From: Octopus sinensis
Lineage: Eukaryota
Assembly: GCF_006345805.1 (NCBI RefSeq)
Contig: NC_043002.1
Coordinates: 74,400,001 to 74,464,000 of the forward strand
Reading direction: 5' to 3'
DNA: 64,000 bases
In this document: one piece after another, positions 23,281-34,925 of the stretch
How positions within the stretch are numbered: position 1 is the first letter of the stretch
Layout of the letters: every line of letters begins with the position of its first letter
Translations under genes and position numbers: made by a program
Notes under the pieces: model-generated
Seen by the model: only the letters and a program-made list of their open reading frames with translations
What the model was told of the DNA's origin: nothing
Databases searched by the model: none

Positions 23281-24232
23281 GTTTCAAATTTTGCCACAAG
23301 GGCAGTCATTTTAGGGGAGGGGATGAGTCGATTACATGAACTCCAGAATTTAAAATGGTACTTAATTCATAGACCCCCGAGAGGATGAAAGGCAAATTCG
23401 ACCTCGGCGGAATTTGAACTCAGAACGAAATACCAAAATACCGCTAAGCATTTCGTCCAGCTTGCCACTTGAAAAGGTTTTAAAATTTTGACTCAGCACT
23501 AGCTGTTTTGAGGTGAAAGGTGAGTCGATTACATTGACCGCTGTACTTGTGTACTTTATTTTATCGATCTTGAAAGACGAAATTCGAAGTCGACCTTGGC
23601 AAAATTTCATCATACAACGTAAATGACCTTAACTAAATAGAGCCAGGACTTAAGCATATTCTTAAATGGACGATAGATACACTGAAACAATCCCTAATTG
23701 CTTCTTTTAAGTTCATAGCACGGTTTTAGCTTAGCACTAAAAGCAAATAATACACGCGTCGCTTACGCTAGAACACTAGTCTCAATAAGGATGCGTCACA
23801 ATTTGGTTTCCCAGTAACATCTCATTTATTTCTTTATTGCCCACAGGGGGCAGGGCTAAACATAAAGATGACAAACAAGGACAGACAAATGGATTAAGTC
23901 GATTACATCGACCCAATTGCGTAACTGGTACTTATTTAATCGACCCCGAAAGGATGAAAGGTAAAGTCGACCTCGGTGAATTTGGACTCAGAACGTAACA
24001 GCAGACGAAATACCAATTTCTTTACTGCCCACAGAGAGGACAAACAAGGACAAACAGACGAATTAAGTCGATTATATCGACCCCAGTGCGTAACTGGTAC
24101 TTATTTAATCGACCCCGAAAGGATGAAAGGCAAAGTCGACCTCGGCGGAATTTGAACTCAGAACGTAACGGCAGACGAAATACGGCTACGCATTTCGCCC
24201 GGCGTGCTAACGTTTCTGTCAGCTCGCCGCTC
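23278..24232 (-). mobile_element. Cluster of four family A SINEs (23278-23470, 23500-23620, 23820-24020, 24020-24232)
   Basis: Repeated ATCGACCCCGAAAGGATGAAAGGCAAAGTCGACCTCGGCGGAATTTGAACTCAGAACG, all on the minus strand. Confidence 0.85.
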
Positions 24233-24333
24233 TCGTGACATCTTATTTGTCTCTCACCTATACATTTATTACTTATTTTGCTTTGTTTTTTTTTAGGTAT
24301 TGTGAGTGCAACGCCCTAACCACTAACCTTAGA

Positions 24334-24369
<36 letters not shown>

Positions 24370-24849
24370 CAATGAATGTATTATTAGTGTTTCCTATATA
24401 TTGAGGTAAGAATTTTGACAAGTGGGTACACGTTAAGGAAAAATGTGCCTAACGTTCCTATGAGTCGCTGCTGAGACGGTGTTTATAGAAAAATGTTCTC
24501 TCAGAAAAAAAAAATAAATATAACACAGCAGCATATCTTTCTATGGTGAATTCTTTTATGTTTCAATCCCAAGGCTGTGGCCATGTTGGGGTACTATATA
24601 TTTAGTATTTATACACAGATGGTTTTATATACATATTTGCATACCCGTGTCGTCAAAAATGCCAACAACTTTATTAATGATACAAAATGGCGCATCAACA
24701 GAGTTGGAGAAATTACTGCTAAATGTAAGCAATCTAGTAAATAAATGTGCATACAGAGAACTAAAGCACTTGGAGAATCAAATACGGTTGTACTGTCTCG
24801 GTCGAAAATATCGTCCACCTAATGTGTGTGTATACATAAATATAATCAT

Positions 24850-24951
24850 ATATAAATGAAACACGCACACACACATATATGTACATATACATGAATATAG
24901 GCATATATATATATAGATGTATACATGCGTGTATGTATATACACACAAGTA

Positions 24952-25019
<68 letters not shown>

Positions 25020-25053
25020 GCATATACATATATATATAGGTAGTTAGGGTGTG

Positions 25054-25088
<35 letters not shown>

Positions 25089-25215
25089 ATGTATATATAT
25101 ATATATATATTATATATATATATATATATATTACATGTGTGTATACACACACACAAGTAATACATGTATATATACACATATATACATGCACATATATATA
25201 TATATAGGTAGTTAG

Positions 25216-25263
<48 letters not shown>

Positions 25264-25320
25264 TATATGTACATATATATACCTTTATATTTACATATAC
25301 ATAGGTACATATACATATGT
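24850..25320. repeat. (TA)n/(TG)n/(CA)n compound microsatellite
   Basis: Direct reading. Confidence 0.95.
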
Positions 25321-25332
25321 ATCGTTAGCCAC

Positions 25333-25497
25333 TACACATTCTTTATTTTCTCTCCTTGTTTCTTTCTGTGTTCCTTTCTGTGGAAGAGCGTAGGCTCGAA
25401 ACGTTAAAGACTTTTTCACTTCCCGAACGTGATACTAATACATCTGTTTGTTGTCTACACCACCTGTCTTCGTCTTTTGTTTTGTGAATTCTCCCCC
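25333..25497 (+). mobile_element. PLE-like terminal repeat, family P1, in (TA)n
   Basis: Same ~165-bp sequence at 26190-26362 and 55448-55600; carries a hammerhead-like fold. Confidence 0.7.
25374..25409 (+). ncRNA. Minimal type I hammerhead-like fold with variant core (family P1)
   Basis: CTTT-CTGTGGA-A-GAGC[GTAG]GCTC-GAAA-CG-TT-AAAG. Confidence 0.55.
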
Positions 25498-25529
25498 AAC
25501 ATACATACATACATATATATACAAACACA

Positions 25530-25580
<51 letters not shown>

Positions 25581-25586
25581 AGATTA

Positions 25587-25718
25587 ATCAGCCGAAATTG
25601 CGAAGATGATCTGGTTCTTGACTGATGACTGAGGGCTTCGAATGTCCCGTCCTGTGGTTCTTGTGTCGTCTCTTTGGTGTTTCATGTTCTTGTCCATGTC
25701 TGTATTTATTTTATTTTT
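25587..25718. mobile_element. (TA)n-flanked repeat family P2 (PLE-terminus-like)
   Basis: Shared with 36308-36486 (CAAGAT.AATCAGCCGAAATTGCGAAGATGATCTGGTTCTTGACTGATGACTGAG). Confidence 0.6.
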
Positions 25719-26189
25719 TACTGTTTACATATATATATATATATACGTTTATATATACATATACAGATAGAGAGAGATAGAGCAACGTGAAATGAAGTGT
25801 TTTACTCAAGAGCACAACGTGCCACCAAGTCCAGGATTTGAACTTATATTCTAGGGACCACAAGAATGTGGTTTCTATTCCAAGACCAGTAGTGTGTTGT
25901 ACTCTTGACCAAAAAAAAACTGATTTCAAGTTCTTCCGTTCCACTCAGCGGTAAATAGGTGACCATGCGACAAACTGGTTTTTCATTCAGAGAGAATATT
26001 AGCCTGCCTGTCTGGCTAGCCAGCAGGGTGGCATCGTTTGAAAGCTAACACAATCCGAAGTGAATTGCGGCCAGTTGTGTATAACATCATCCAATAGTCT
26101 GATCGATACCGTGATATATTGTATCGTATTATATATAATACGATATATATCTATATCACCTCTTTCCAGCCATCGCCATGATCGATCGC

Positions 26190-26362
26190 TAGCCACTAAA
26201 GCCTTTTTTATTCTCTCTCTGTTTATTTTATCGTGTTCCTTTCTGTTGAAGAGTGTAGGCTCGAAACGTAAAAGACTTTCTCACCTTCCCGAGCGTTAAA
26301 CTAATACACCTGAATGTTGTTTACACACCTGTCTTCGTCTTTTACCTTTTTGTAAATTCCAA
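26190..26362 (+). mobile_element. PLE-like terminal repeat, family P1
   Basis: Homologous to 25333-25497. Confidence 0.7.
26239..26274 (+). ncRNA. Minimal type I hammerhead-like fold with variant core (family P1)
   Basis: CTTT-CTGTTGA-A-GAGT[GTAG]GCTC-GAAA-CG-TA-AAAG. Confidence 0.55.
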
Positions 26363-26374
26363 CTATATATATAT

Positions 26375-26411
<37 letters not shown>

Positions 26412-26415
<4 letters not shown>

Positions 26416-26711
26416 GTCCCGGGTTGATTCGGGGTTAACCACAGTAAATAAGGTACTCAATACATAGCAGAGTAAAATTAATTTATTATATAGAAGGAGC
26501 TTCTACAGGACTAGAACTGTTTCATTCAAGAGAAATCTTCAGGAAGCTAGTTAACAAGAATTGTATTGGCATTTATACATTTAGGCAGGTGGGGGACTTT
26601 TTTGGGGGTAGGCATAGCACAAAATATCATACTTGGGCAAGGAGTCAGTGTTAAATTAGATAGAAGAATAAATAAAAAAAATAAAAAATAAGAAAAAAAA
26701 TTTTTTAAATG

Positions 26712-26720
<9 letters not shown>
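26412..26720 (-). mobile_element. Hammerhead-bearing repeat family H, copy 1
   Basis: Reverse complement of 28140-28358; has an extra ~90-nt segment 3' of the ribozyme, ending at (TA)n. Confidence 0.85.
26498..26548 (-). ncRNA. Type I hammerhead ribozyme (family H, copy 1)
   Basis: Identical over 51 nt to the reverse complement of 28297-28347. Confidence 0.8.
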
Positions 26721-26769
<49 letters not shown>

Positions 26770-27149
26770 AAGTTTATATGTATGTATCCGTCTATATAAT
26801 AGGTAACTGCACGTACATATACTTAATATTTATTATTTATTTTTTGAGTATGCATGTACGAATAACTGCGCGTATATATATTTTACTATTTACTTATTTT
26901 TTGAGTATGCATGTAAGTATGAATATAAGGAGGCGCGTATATGTGTGTGTGTATGTGTAAGCATAGATATATGTATACTTTTACGCATGTGTGTACTTAT
27001 GTGTATATATGGATGCGCGCGTGTGTGTGTGTGTATGGGTACGCATGTACATGTGTATGTGCGTGTAGTGTATATATATGTATATGTGTGTGTATGCGTA
27101 TGTGTGTATATGTGTGTGTGTGTATATATGTGTATATATATATGTGAAT

Positions 27150-27183
<34 letters not shown>

Positions 27184-27239
27184 ATTTGTATGTAGGTGTA
27201 TATGTATGTGTGTGTATTTGTATTTATATTTATTGGTGT

Positions 27240-28352
27240 ATATATATAGACTAGCCTTCTAAGAGTGTAGACATAAATCTGTAGGTACGCGTACGTATGT
27301 GTATATACGTGAATGTATGTAGATGGATGTATGTATGAATATAACGCGTGCGTGCGTGTATGTGTATGAGTGTACGAATGAGTGAGAGTACGTGCTAAAG
27401 AGTGTGCGTGAGTGAATGAGTGCTTGTTTTCCAGTAGACAGATAAATGGACTGGCTGTAATAACCAAGATGTTTGTGACCAAGCGGCCAAAGATAACAAA
27501 AGTAATAAACGAAGATAATAAAATTAAATTAGGGAATGGTCTGTATTTGTATGTGTATATATATGTGTGTGTATGTGTAGGTTTGCATAGGTACACATAT
27601 GTATATGTATACATGTATGTATATGTATGTATGTGTGTGTATAGGTGTGTGTATGTGTATATATGTGTATATAGGGACTATGTGCTGTGTGTGCATGTGT
27701 GTGTGTGGATATGTGTGTGTATGCGTGTATGTGAGTATGTGTGTGTATGTGTATATATATTTTTCTGTGCGTATATGTATGTGAGGTCGTGTGTGTATAT
27801 ATACATGTGTGTATACGTGTATGCATGTGAGTGTGTGTATGTATACATATATGTGTATCTGTAGATATGTATATGTATGTGTATGTGTAAGTGTATATAT
27901 ATGTATATATATGTGTGTGTATGTATGTGTGTATGTATATGTATATATGTTTGTATGTGTGTGTATGTATGTATACACGTGTGCATAGGTATAAGTGAGA
28001 ATCTCCTTATTTACCTAAAACTCTATTCCCCCCTTTTTTTATATATAGGGTTTTTTTTTGTTTTTTTTATATATATGGGTTTTTTTTTATTTTTTTATTT
28101 TTTTATTTTAATTTTATTTTCTTATTTTTTTATTTTTTTATTTTTTTATTTATTCTTCTATCTAATTTAACACTGACTCCTTGACCACTCCCCCAAGTAT
28201 GATATTTTGCGCTATGCCTACCCCCAAAAAAGTCCCCCACCAACACCCCGTTAAACCTGCCTAAATGTATAAATGCCAATACAATTCTTGTTAACTAGCT
28301 TCCTGAAGATTTCTCTTGAATGAAACAGTTCTAGTCCTGTAGAAGCTCCTTC

Positions 28353-28358
<6 letters not shown>
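27240..28358 (+). mobile_element. Hammerhead-bearing repeat family H, copy 2 (~1.1 kb, non-coding, microsatellite-rich)
   Basis: Aligns in inverted orientation with 28412-29285 at both its 5' block (27240-27540) and 3' block (27990-28358). Confidence 0.8.
28297..28347 (+). ncRNA. Type I hammerhead ribozyme (family H, copy 2)
   Basis: AGCTTC-CTGAAGA-T-TTC[TCTT]GAA-T-GAAA-CAG[TTCTAGTC]CTG-TA-GAAGCT: 6-bp stem I, intact core, 4-bp stem III, GUA site with predicted cleavage between 28341 and 28342. Confidence 0.85.
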
Positions 28359-28411
<53 letters not shown>

Positions 28412-28416
<5 letters not shown>

Positions 28417-29285
28417 TTATTATATAGAAGGAGCTTCTACAGGACTAGAACTGTTTCATTCAAAAGAAATCATCAGGAAGCTAGTAGACAAGAGTTGTTT
28501 TGGCATTCATACATTTACGCAGGTTTAAATGGGTGGTAGTGGGGGACTTTTTTGGGGGTAGGCATGGCGCAAAACTGTCATTATTAGGGGAGTGGTCAAA
28601 GGAATCGTGGTAAAGTAGATAAAAGAATAAATAAAAGAATAAAAAAAAATTTTTTAAATATAAATAGAAAAATAGAGTTTTAGGTAAGTAGGGAGACTCT
28701 CACTTGTACATCTACATATATATATATATACACATATATACACCCACATATTCACATATATCTATACATATACATACATACCCACATATACATACATATA
28801 AATATACATACATACATACACATACATATACATATATATATACATATATATACATATATATACACATACCCATGTACGTACACACAGATACACATATACA
28901 TACATATACATACATATATGTATACCCACTCGCACATATATATACAAATGCATATACATGCACACACATACACACACATTTTTATTCTCTTATTTTAATT
29001 TTATTATTACTACTTTTGTTTATATCTTTATTTTTATCTTGACCGGTCAGCCGGTCTCAAGGGATGATCTAAAGATTCCGTTTATCTATCTACTCACTGA
29101 TACGAACGCAAGCACTCACTCACGCCCACACACTCACACGTACACACATACACATACGCGCACGCGCGTGTTATATTCATACACGCATACATCTACATAC
29201 ATTCACGTATATTCACATACACGCATACACATACATACCTCAACACACCCACAGAAGACTAGTCCATACATATACACTAATTAAT
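28412..29285 (-). mobile_element. Hammerhead-bearing repeat family H, copy 3 (more diverged)
   Basis: Inverted relative to copy 2 across the (TA)n at 28358-28411. Confidence 0.8.
28432..28482 (-). ncRNA. Type I hammerhead ribozyme (family H, copy 3)
   Basis: Same fold with core CTGATGA and loop II TTTT; differs from copy 2 at only 2 of 51 positions. Confidence 0.85.
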
Positions 29286-29493
29286 ATATATACACATATA
29301 CATATACACATACATACACATACATACATATACATACACATATACATATATATATACATATACATACACATATACACATACACACAACATATATATATAT
29401 ATATATTATATATATATATATATAATATATATATATATTATATATATGCGTACACATGCACACACACACACGCGCATCTATATATACACATAA

Positions 29494-29534
<41 letters not shown>

Positions 29535-29540
29535 TATATA

Positions 29541-29578
<38 letters not shown>

Positions 29579-29884
29579 CCTCCCCTTTTCTTCTCATGAT
29601 TCTCTTTTTTTTCTTTTTATTGCTGATGAAAGACTAACTTGCAAAATATTTAGACTCTCATTTCAACTTTTCAAGCGTTAAACCAATACTATATTTGTCA
29701 AACATTGTTCTTCCTGCCTTGTTCTTTTTAATTTTTGCAAGCGGGACCCGTGAATATTTCACAGAATTAATGGTAAACTTATTGAAAGCGTAGCCTGTGT
29801 TGTGTCTGTATGGAAAGATAGTCGCTCATCTGCTACTCATTGAAAAGTGAAAGAAATCGGAATACGATGATTACTTAATGCACT

Positions 29885-30524
29885 TTATGCACAATTTTAT
29901 AGACTTAATATACAGCATTCAAAAAATAAAAAATAACTTATTTACCTAAATCTTAACATCATCTCCTTCGAAATAGTCACCTTGCGCAGCACTACACCGG
30001 TCCCAGCGTTCCTGCCATTTTTAGAATCAGCCTGGAAGTCGTTTTCCGTAAGCGAGTCGAGGATCTTCTGCGATTCGCTCTGGATCTCGATAACGGTGTT
30101 AAAACGGCGGCTTTAGAGCTGTATTTTCATCTTGTCCGTAGGTACTAAATCTGGTGAATAGGGCAGGTGCGAAAGCGACACCATGTTGTTTTTGGCAAGA
30201 AACTCACGAGTGAGGAGAGCTCGATGACAGGGTGCATTGTAGTCGGGAAGAATCCAATTCTTCGTGCTCCACAGATCCGGTCGCTTTCACTGAATGTCGT
30301 ACCCCAAACACTTCAGGACGGTCTGGCCCTGGGAGACAAATTCTCGATGCACTATACTATAGACGCAGGAGTGGCTGTGTGGTAAGTAGCTTGCTTACCA
30401 ACTACATGGTTCCGGGTTCGTTCCCACTGCGTGGCACCTTGGGCAAGTGTCTTCTACTATAGCCTCGGGCCGACCAAAGCCTTGTCAGTGGATTTGGTAG
30501 ACGCAGACAGAAAGAAGCCCGTCG

Positions 30525-30556
<32 letters not shown>

Positions 30557-31360
30557 GTATGTATGTATGTATGTATGTATGTATGTATGTATGTATGTAT
30601 GCATGCATGTATGCCTGCATGCATGTATGCCTGCATGCATGTATGCCTGCATGCATGTATGCCTGCATGCATGCATGTATGCATGCATGCACGTATGTAT
30701 GTGTGTGTATACGTTTGTGTGTGTATACGTTTGTGTGTCTGTATTTGTCCCCCCCCCCCAACATCGCTTGGCAACCGATGGTGGTGTCTATACGTCCCTG
30801 AAACTTAGCGGCTCGGCAATGAGACCGATAGAATAATTACTAGGCTTACAAAGGATAAGTCTTGGGGTCAATTTGCTCGACTAAAGGCGGTGCTCCAGAA
30901 TGACCGCAGTCAAATAACTGGAACAAGTAAAAGAGTAAAGAGAGTATACCATATTTCCGGGAGTGACGCTTGTGGCAGGCCTTCCAGATCGGCCATCGTC
31001 TTCCAGGGACGTTATTCCGATTTAGAATCGCCCGTGCCACTCGAAACATTGCGTACGACTCATTACCTAGTTGCCGTAAGCTTGCCGAAGTATGCTCAAT
31101 GTCTCTGTAGCAGTCTTTCCAAGTTTAACGCAAAATTGCACGTTGGCTCTTTGTTCCAACTTCCTGGCCATGACAAAATCGTAGACTACAGCATACATGT
31201 GGTCGCAAACACACAAATTTCACAAGCTGCGAAGTAAATACAGCGATGTCACACGGCGCATTATCTCATAAAGGTCACTGCTAATTCTCACTGAGCACGC
31301 AACCGTGTGCTGCCATCTGTTGGCGCACTACAGAACTCGTCCTAGAACTTTCGTTACCAT
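29885..31360 (-). mobile_element. Dead mariner element, centrally deleted and split by a SINE
   Basis: N-terminus MARKLEQRANVQFCVKLGKTATETLS..AYGN..CFEWH (about 30960-31190). C-terminus KRPDLW..DYNAPCH..FLAKNN..HLPYSPDL (about 29960-30355). Stops and frameshifts. Confidence 0.85.
30365..30950 (+). mobile_element. SINE family B, full length, with expanded central (TATG)n and a 16-mer repeat
   Basis: GGAGTGGCTGTGTGGTAAG head through CAAGTAAAAGAGTAAAAG tail. Confidence 0.9.
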
Positions 31361-31379
31361 GTCATAGATAGGTATAAGT

Positions 31380-31430
31380 ATATGAAAGAAAGGAGAGAGA
31401 GAGAGAGAGAGAGAAACGAGAAAGGCAGAC

Positions 31431-31473
<43 letters not shown>

Positions 31474-31700
31474 ATGAAAGAAAGAAAGAAAGAAAAAAGA
31501 ATTAAAATTGAGTGAGAAAGGGACAGAGCCAAATAGACAGATAAAGAAAGAGAGAGAAGAGAGAGACTGACAGACAGACAAGCAGACAGGCAGACAGAGA
31601 AACAGACAAACAGAAATAAACAGAAATATTGATAAAGAGATAGAGTGAGAGGGGGTGAAAGGAAAGAGAGAGAAACGAGAGAGAGAGTGAGAGAGGATAA
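31380..31700. repeat. (GA)n/(GAAA)n/(GACA)n purine tract
   Basis: Direct reading. Confidence 0.9.
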
Positions 31701-32496
31701 CATAAAACAAGCACTACTAGCCTGTCAACAGGGATAAATGAAAAAGACTTGCAAAAATATACACATAAAATAAAATGAAATAAAATACAGCGAGTAGATT
31801 TGTTTGCATGTGCTTGCGCATAAACTCAGAACGAAATGAACTGGTTATAAATATATATCTTCCCTTTAAGAACATTTTTACATCGTAAAATTTGTTTTCG
31901 CCACGAGCTAAGTATTTAAAAAAGAAACCGGAAATATATTTCTGCCGAGTGGCTATCTAGATAACAGAATGTCCAGTGTTCATCAAATAATAAATCCGAT
32001 GGTCTGAGGTAGGACGTTGCTTTTGTTACACCATACATTAGCAACAAAGCGGTTTCCGCCTTTTCTGCTTCATTAGGTTAAACATTGCCAGATTGCACAA
32101 ATGTTCTCCTTGCAAAATGAGGCAGATCACTTCTTCGATTAACTATAAACAGTTTGTGGTTAAACTGGAAGAGGTCCCAGTTGGTGAGAAGCTAAAAAAG
32201 GCGTGACTGTTAGTTGTATACAAAATATAGCAATACATTGTCAGATTTTGTTAGAATTAATGCCCCTATAGAGAAAAAGAATTAATGCGAAAAAAAATAC
32301 TGAGTTTTCATGAAGACTAGTACAGCTAGCTTTATTTCTACTTAAATCTTTCTGTATCATTTAAACTCTGTCTCTCTGTTCCCCCTCTCTCTCCCTTTCT
32401 TTCTTTCTCCCCTTCTTTCTAACTCTTTCAAACATACGCAAACACACGCATTCACACATTATTACTCCCATCCGTCTACCTGGCGGCAAATAAGAG

Positions 32497-32527
<31 letters not shown>

Positions 32528-32640
32528 TAATACTAGGCTTTTATCCCTCGTGACACTTCCGGTAAAAAATATTTCTTAATCATGCACGTACTTTCTTTTA
32601 ATAGTTGACTGTTATACAGTGAAAGCTGACTTTTTTTTTA

Positions 32641-32795
32641 AGTGGCTGCGTGGTAAGAAGCTTGCTTCCCAACCACATGGTTCCGGGTTCAGTCTCATTG
32701 CCTGGCACTTTGAGCAAGTAGCTTCTACTTATAGCCTCAGGCTAACCAAAGCCTGGTGAGTGGATTTGGTAAACGGAAACTGAGAGAGGCCCGTC

Positions 32796-32847
<52 letters not shown>

Positions 32848-33075
32848 ATGTATGTGTGTGTGTGTGTGTGCGTGTGTTTGCCCCCACCACCGCCATTGCT
32901 TGACAATCGATGCTGGTGTGTTTACCTCCCTGTAACCTAGCGGTTCGGCAAAAGAAACGGTTAGAATAAGTACTAGGTTTAGAAAGAACAAGTCCTCGGG
33001 TTGATTTGTTCGACTTAAGGCGGTGTTCCAGCATGGCCGCAGTCAAATGACTGAAACAAGTAAAAGAATAAAAGA
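32641..33075 (+). mobile_element. SINE family B, full length
   Basis: Head, central (TA)n(TG)n, and tail as in the 30365 copy. Confidence 0.9.
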
Positions 33076-33079
33076 ATGA

Positions 33080-33330
33080 AAGAATATGGTAAGTGATTTA
33101 CAAAAATTAAAATCAAATACAAAAACAAGAATGGACATATGAAATAATATTCACTATTGGGCTGAGTTAGAAGCAAATTATAATGTTTCGGACATAGTCC
33201 TTCATCGGAAACAAGATGACAGTCCAAGGAACAGAAGAGAAGGAAGGAAGTAAGGAAGATGAGAAAAATGAGAAGAGAGCCAAGAGAAAAACACATGAAT
33301 AACTTCACATGTTCGATCTATGACTATTGG
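33080..33330 (-). mobile_element. PLE-like terminus with a degenerate hammerhead (33181-33212)
   Basis: Minus strand CCGATGA-A-GGAC[TAT]GTCC-GAAA-CATT; U4 is C and stem I is broken. Confidence 0.45.
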
Positions 33331-33424
33331 GAAGTGTGGGAAGTAATTTATGTGTGTATGTATGTGTATATACTATATAGATACACACACACATACTATA
33401 TATATATGTGTGTGTGTATGTATG

Positions 33425-33470
<46 letters not shown>

Positions 33471-33535
33471 CACACATATATATACATATATATTTTATAT
33501 ATTTTTATATGGATGCACACTCATTGGCCCATGAT

Positions 33536-33750
33536 TGATTTCAAATTTTGGCACAAGGCCAGAAATTTCGGGGAGCGGGTAAATCAATTATATCAACCCC
33601 AGTACTCAACTGGTTCTTATTTTGTCGAACCCGAAAGGATGAAAAGCAAAGTCGGCCCCGGCGGAATTTGAACTCGGAACGTGACAAGACGAGCGAAATG
33701 CTGCTAAGCATTTCGGCCGGCATGCTAATGTTTTCTGCCAGCTTCCCGCT
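33536..33750 (-). mobile_element. SINE family A
   Basis: TTTCAAATTTTGGCACAAGGCC...GCCAGCTTCCCGC. Confidence 0.85.
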
Positions 33751-34184
33751 TTTCGTTGGCTCATCTTCTCTTTCTATATAAAATTTTTTGTCAGTCTGTC
33801 AGTCTGTTCCCTATACATTCTCAAACGGCTCCTTTAAATCAAATTAAATTATATAAGATAATAGTATTAGACCTTCGCGAGTGTCAGCATGTAATTATTA
33901 TTTTCATTTGGATTAAAACAATTTAACATTTTCTCAAAAATAATCTGTCTATAGTCATCTGTAGTAAAGGACATTTTATACCACAACAACGACGGCGACA
34001 CCCTCACATTATGTATATGATTGTGTGTGTCTATCAGTGTGTGTGTGATTGCGTGTTCGTTACGTTCCACATAGTAAAGAGCATTTTATACCACCACCAC
34101 CATTATACTGTCATAGTATATGTATATCTGTGTATGTGAGAGTGTGTGTGTGTGTGAGTGTATGTGTTATTGTCAATTACACCG

Positions 34185-34925
34185 ATGTAAACTGTGAAAG
34201 AGCTATACCGGCTCCAACTAATGAAATGGTTGATAAACACAATCATGAACTTCAAAAGTTAACAGATACATCAGAAATTACTTTTCCATCAATTCACACA
34301 ACAGTCGATCAAGATCAAGCTGTACAATACCTGTTGAATTTCTGAACACACTTAAACCCACTCGGATGCCACCGCATAACTTGACACTAAACCTGGATGT
34401 TCCCATTATGTTGCTTAGGAATCTTGACCTACTTCGCCTGTGTAAAGGAACTCGCTTAATTGTTACGTCCATGAAGCCTCATGTCCTACAGGCAACAATC
34501 ATAACAGGTAGTCACAAGGAAGAAAATGTCTTTATTCCAAAATTTCCTCTCATACCTACAGATGTTCCATTTGAATTTAAGAGTCTTCCGTTTCCAGTCA
34601 AACTAAGTTTTGGTATTTCAATTAACCAATCCTGCAAGGTAGTTGGACTTTATCACTCTACTACATGCTTCTCCCACGGCCAACTTTATGTTGGTTGATC
34701 ACGAGTTGGAAGCAACAACAATTTATTCATTTGGACACCAACAAAATATTACATAATGAATACTGTTTTTCAGTTTTAAATTCTTTTATCATAACAAATT
34801 AGATATTTTAAAATAAAATATAGATATTTTGAAATAATTATGAGATTAAATATATATCTTCATATTTATTATTCACTAATCTGAATAAGAACAGCAGTAA
34901 CCCGGGCAACGCCGGGTAATTCACT
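34185..34925 (+). mobile_element. Helitron 3' remnant: Pif1-like helicase C-terminus and terminal hairpin
   Basis: ERAIPAPTNEMVD..., MPPHNLTLNLDVPIMLLRNL..GTRLIV..FPVKLSFGISIN..CFSHGQLYVG*SRVG; hairpin CCCGGGCAACGCCGGG at 34901-34916. Confidence 0.9.

Noticed and set aside
24270-24310. Strong acceptor followed by a 5-nt micro-exon and GTGAGT
   Set aside because: The GTGAGT belongs to a decayed minus-strand family D SINE head, and the length is not a multiple of 3.
31900-32200. Possible piggyBac C-terminal cysteine-rich remnant on the minus strand
   Set aside because: Only a vague KRRKPLCC..C pattern; no clear TTAA/CCC terminus.
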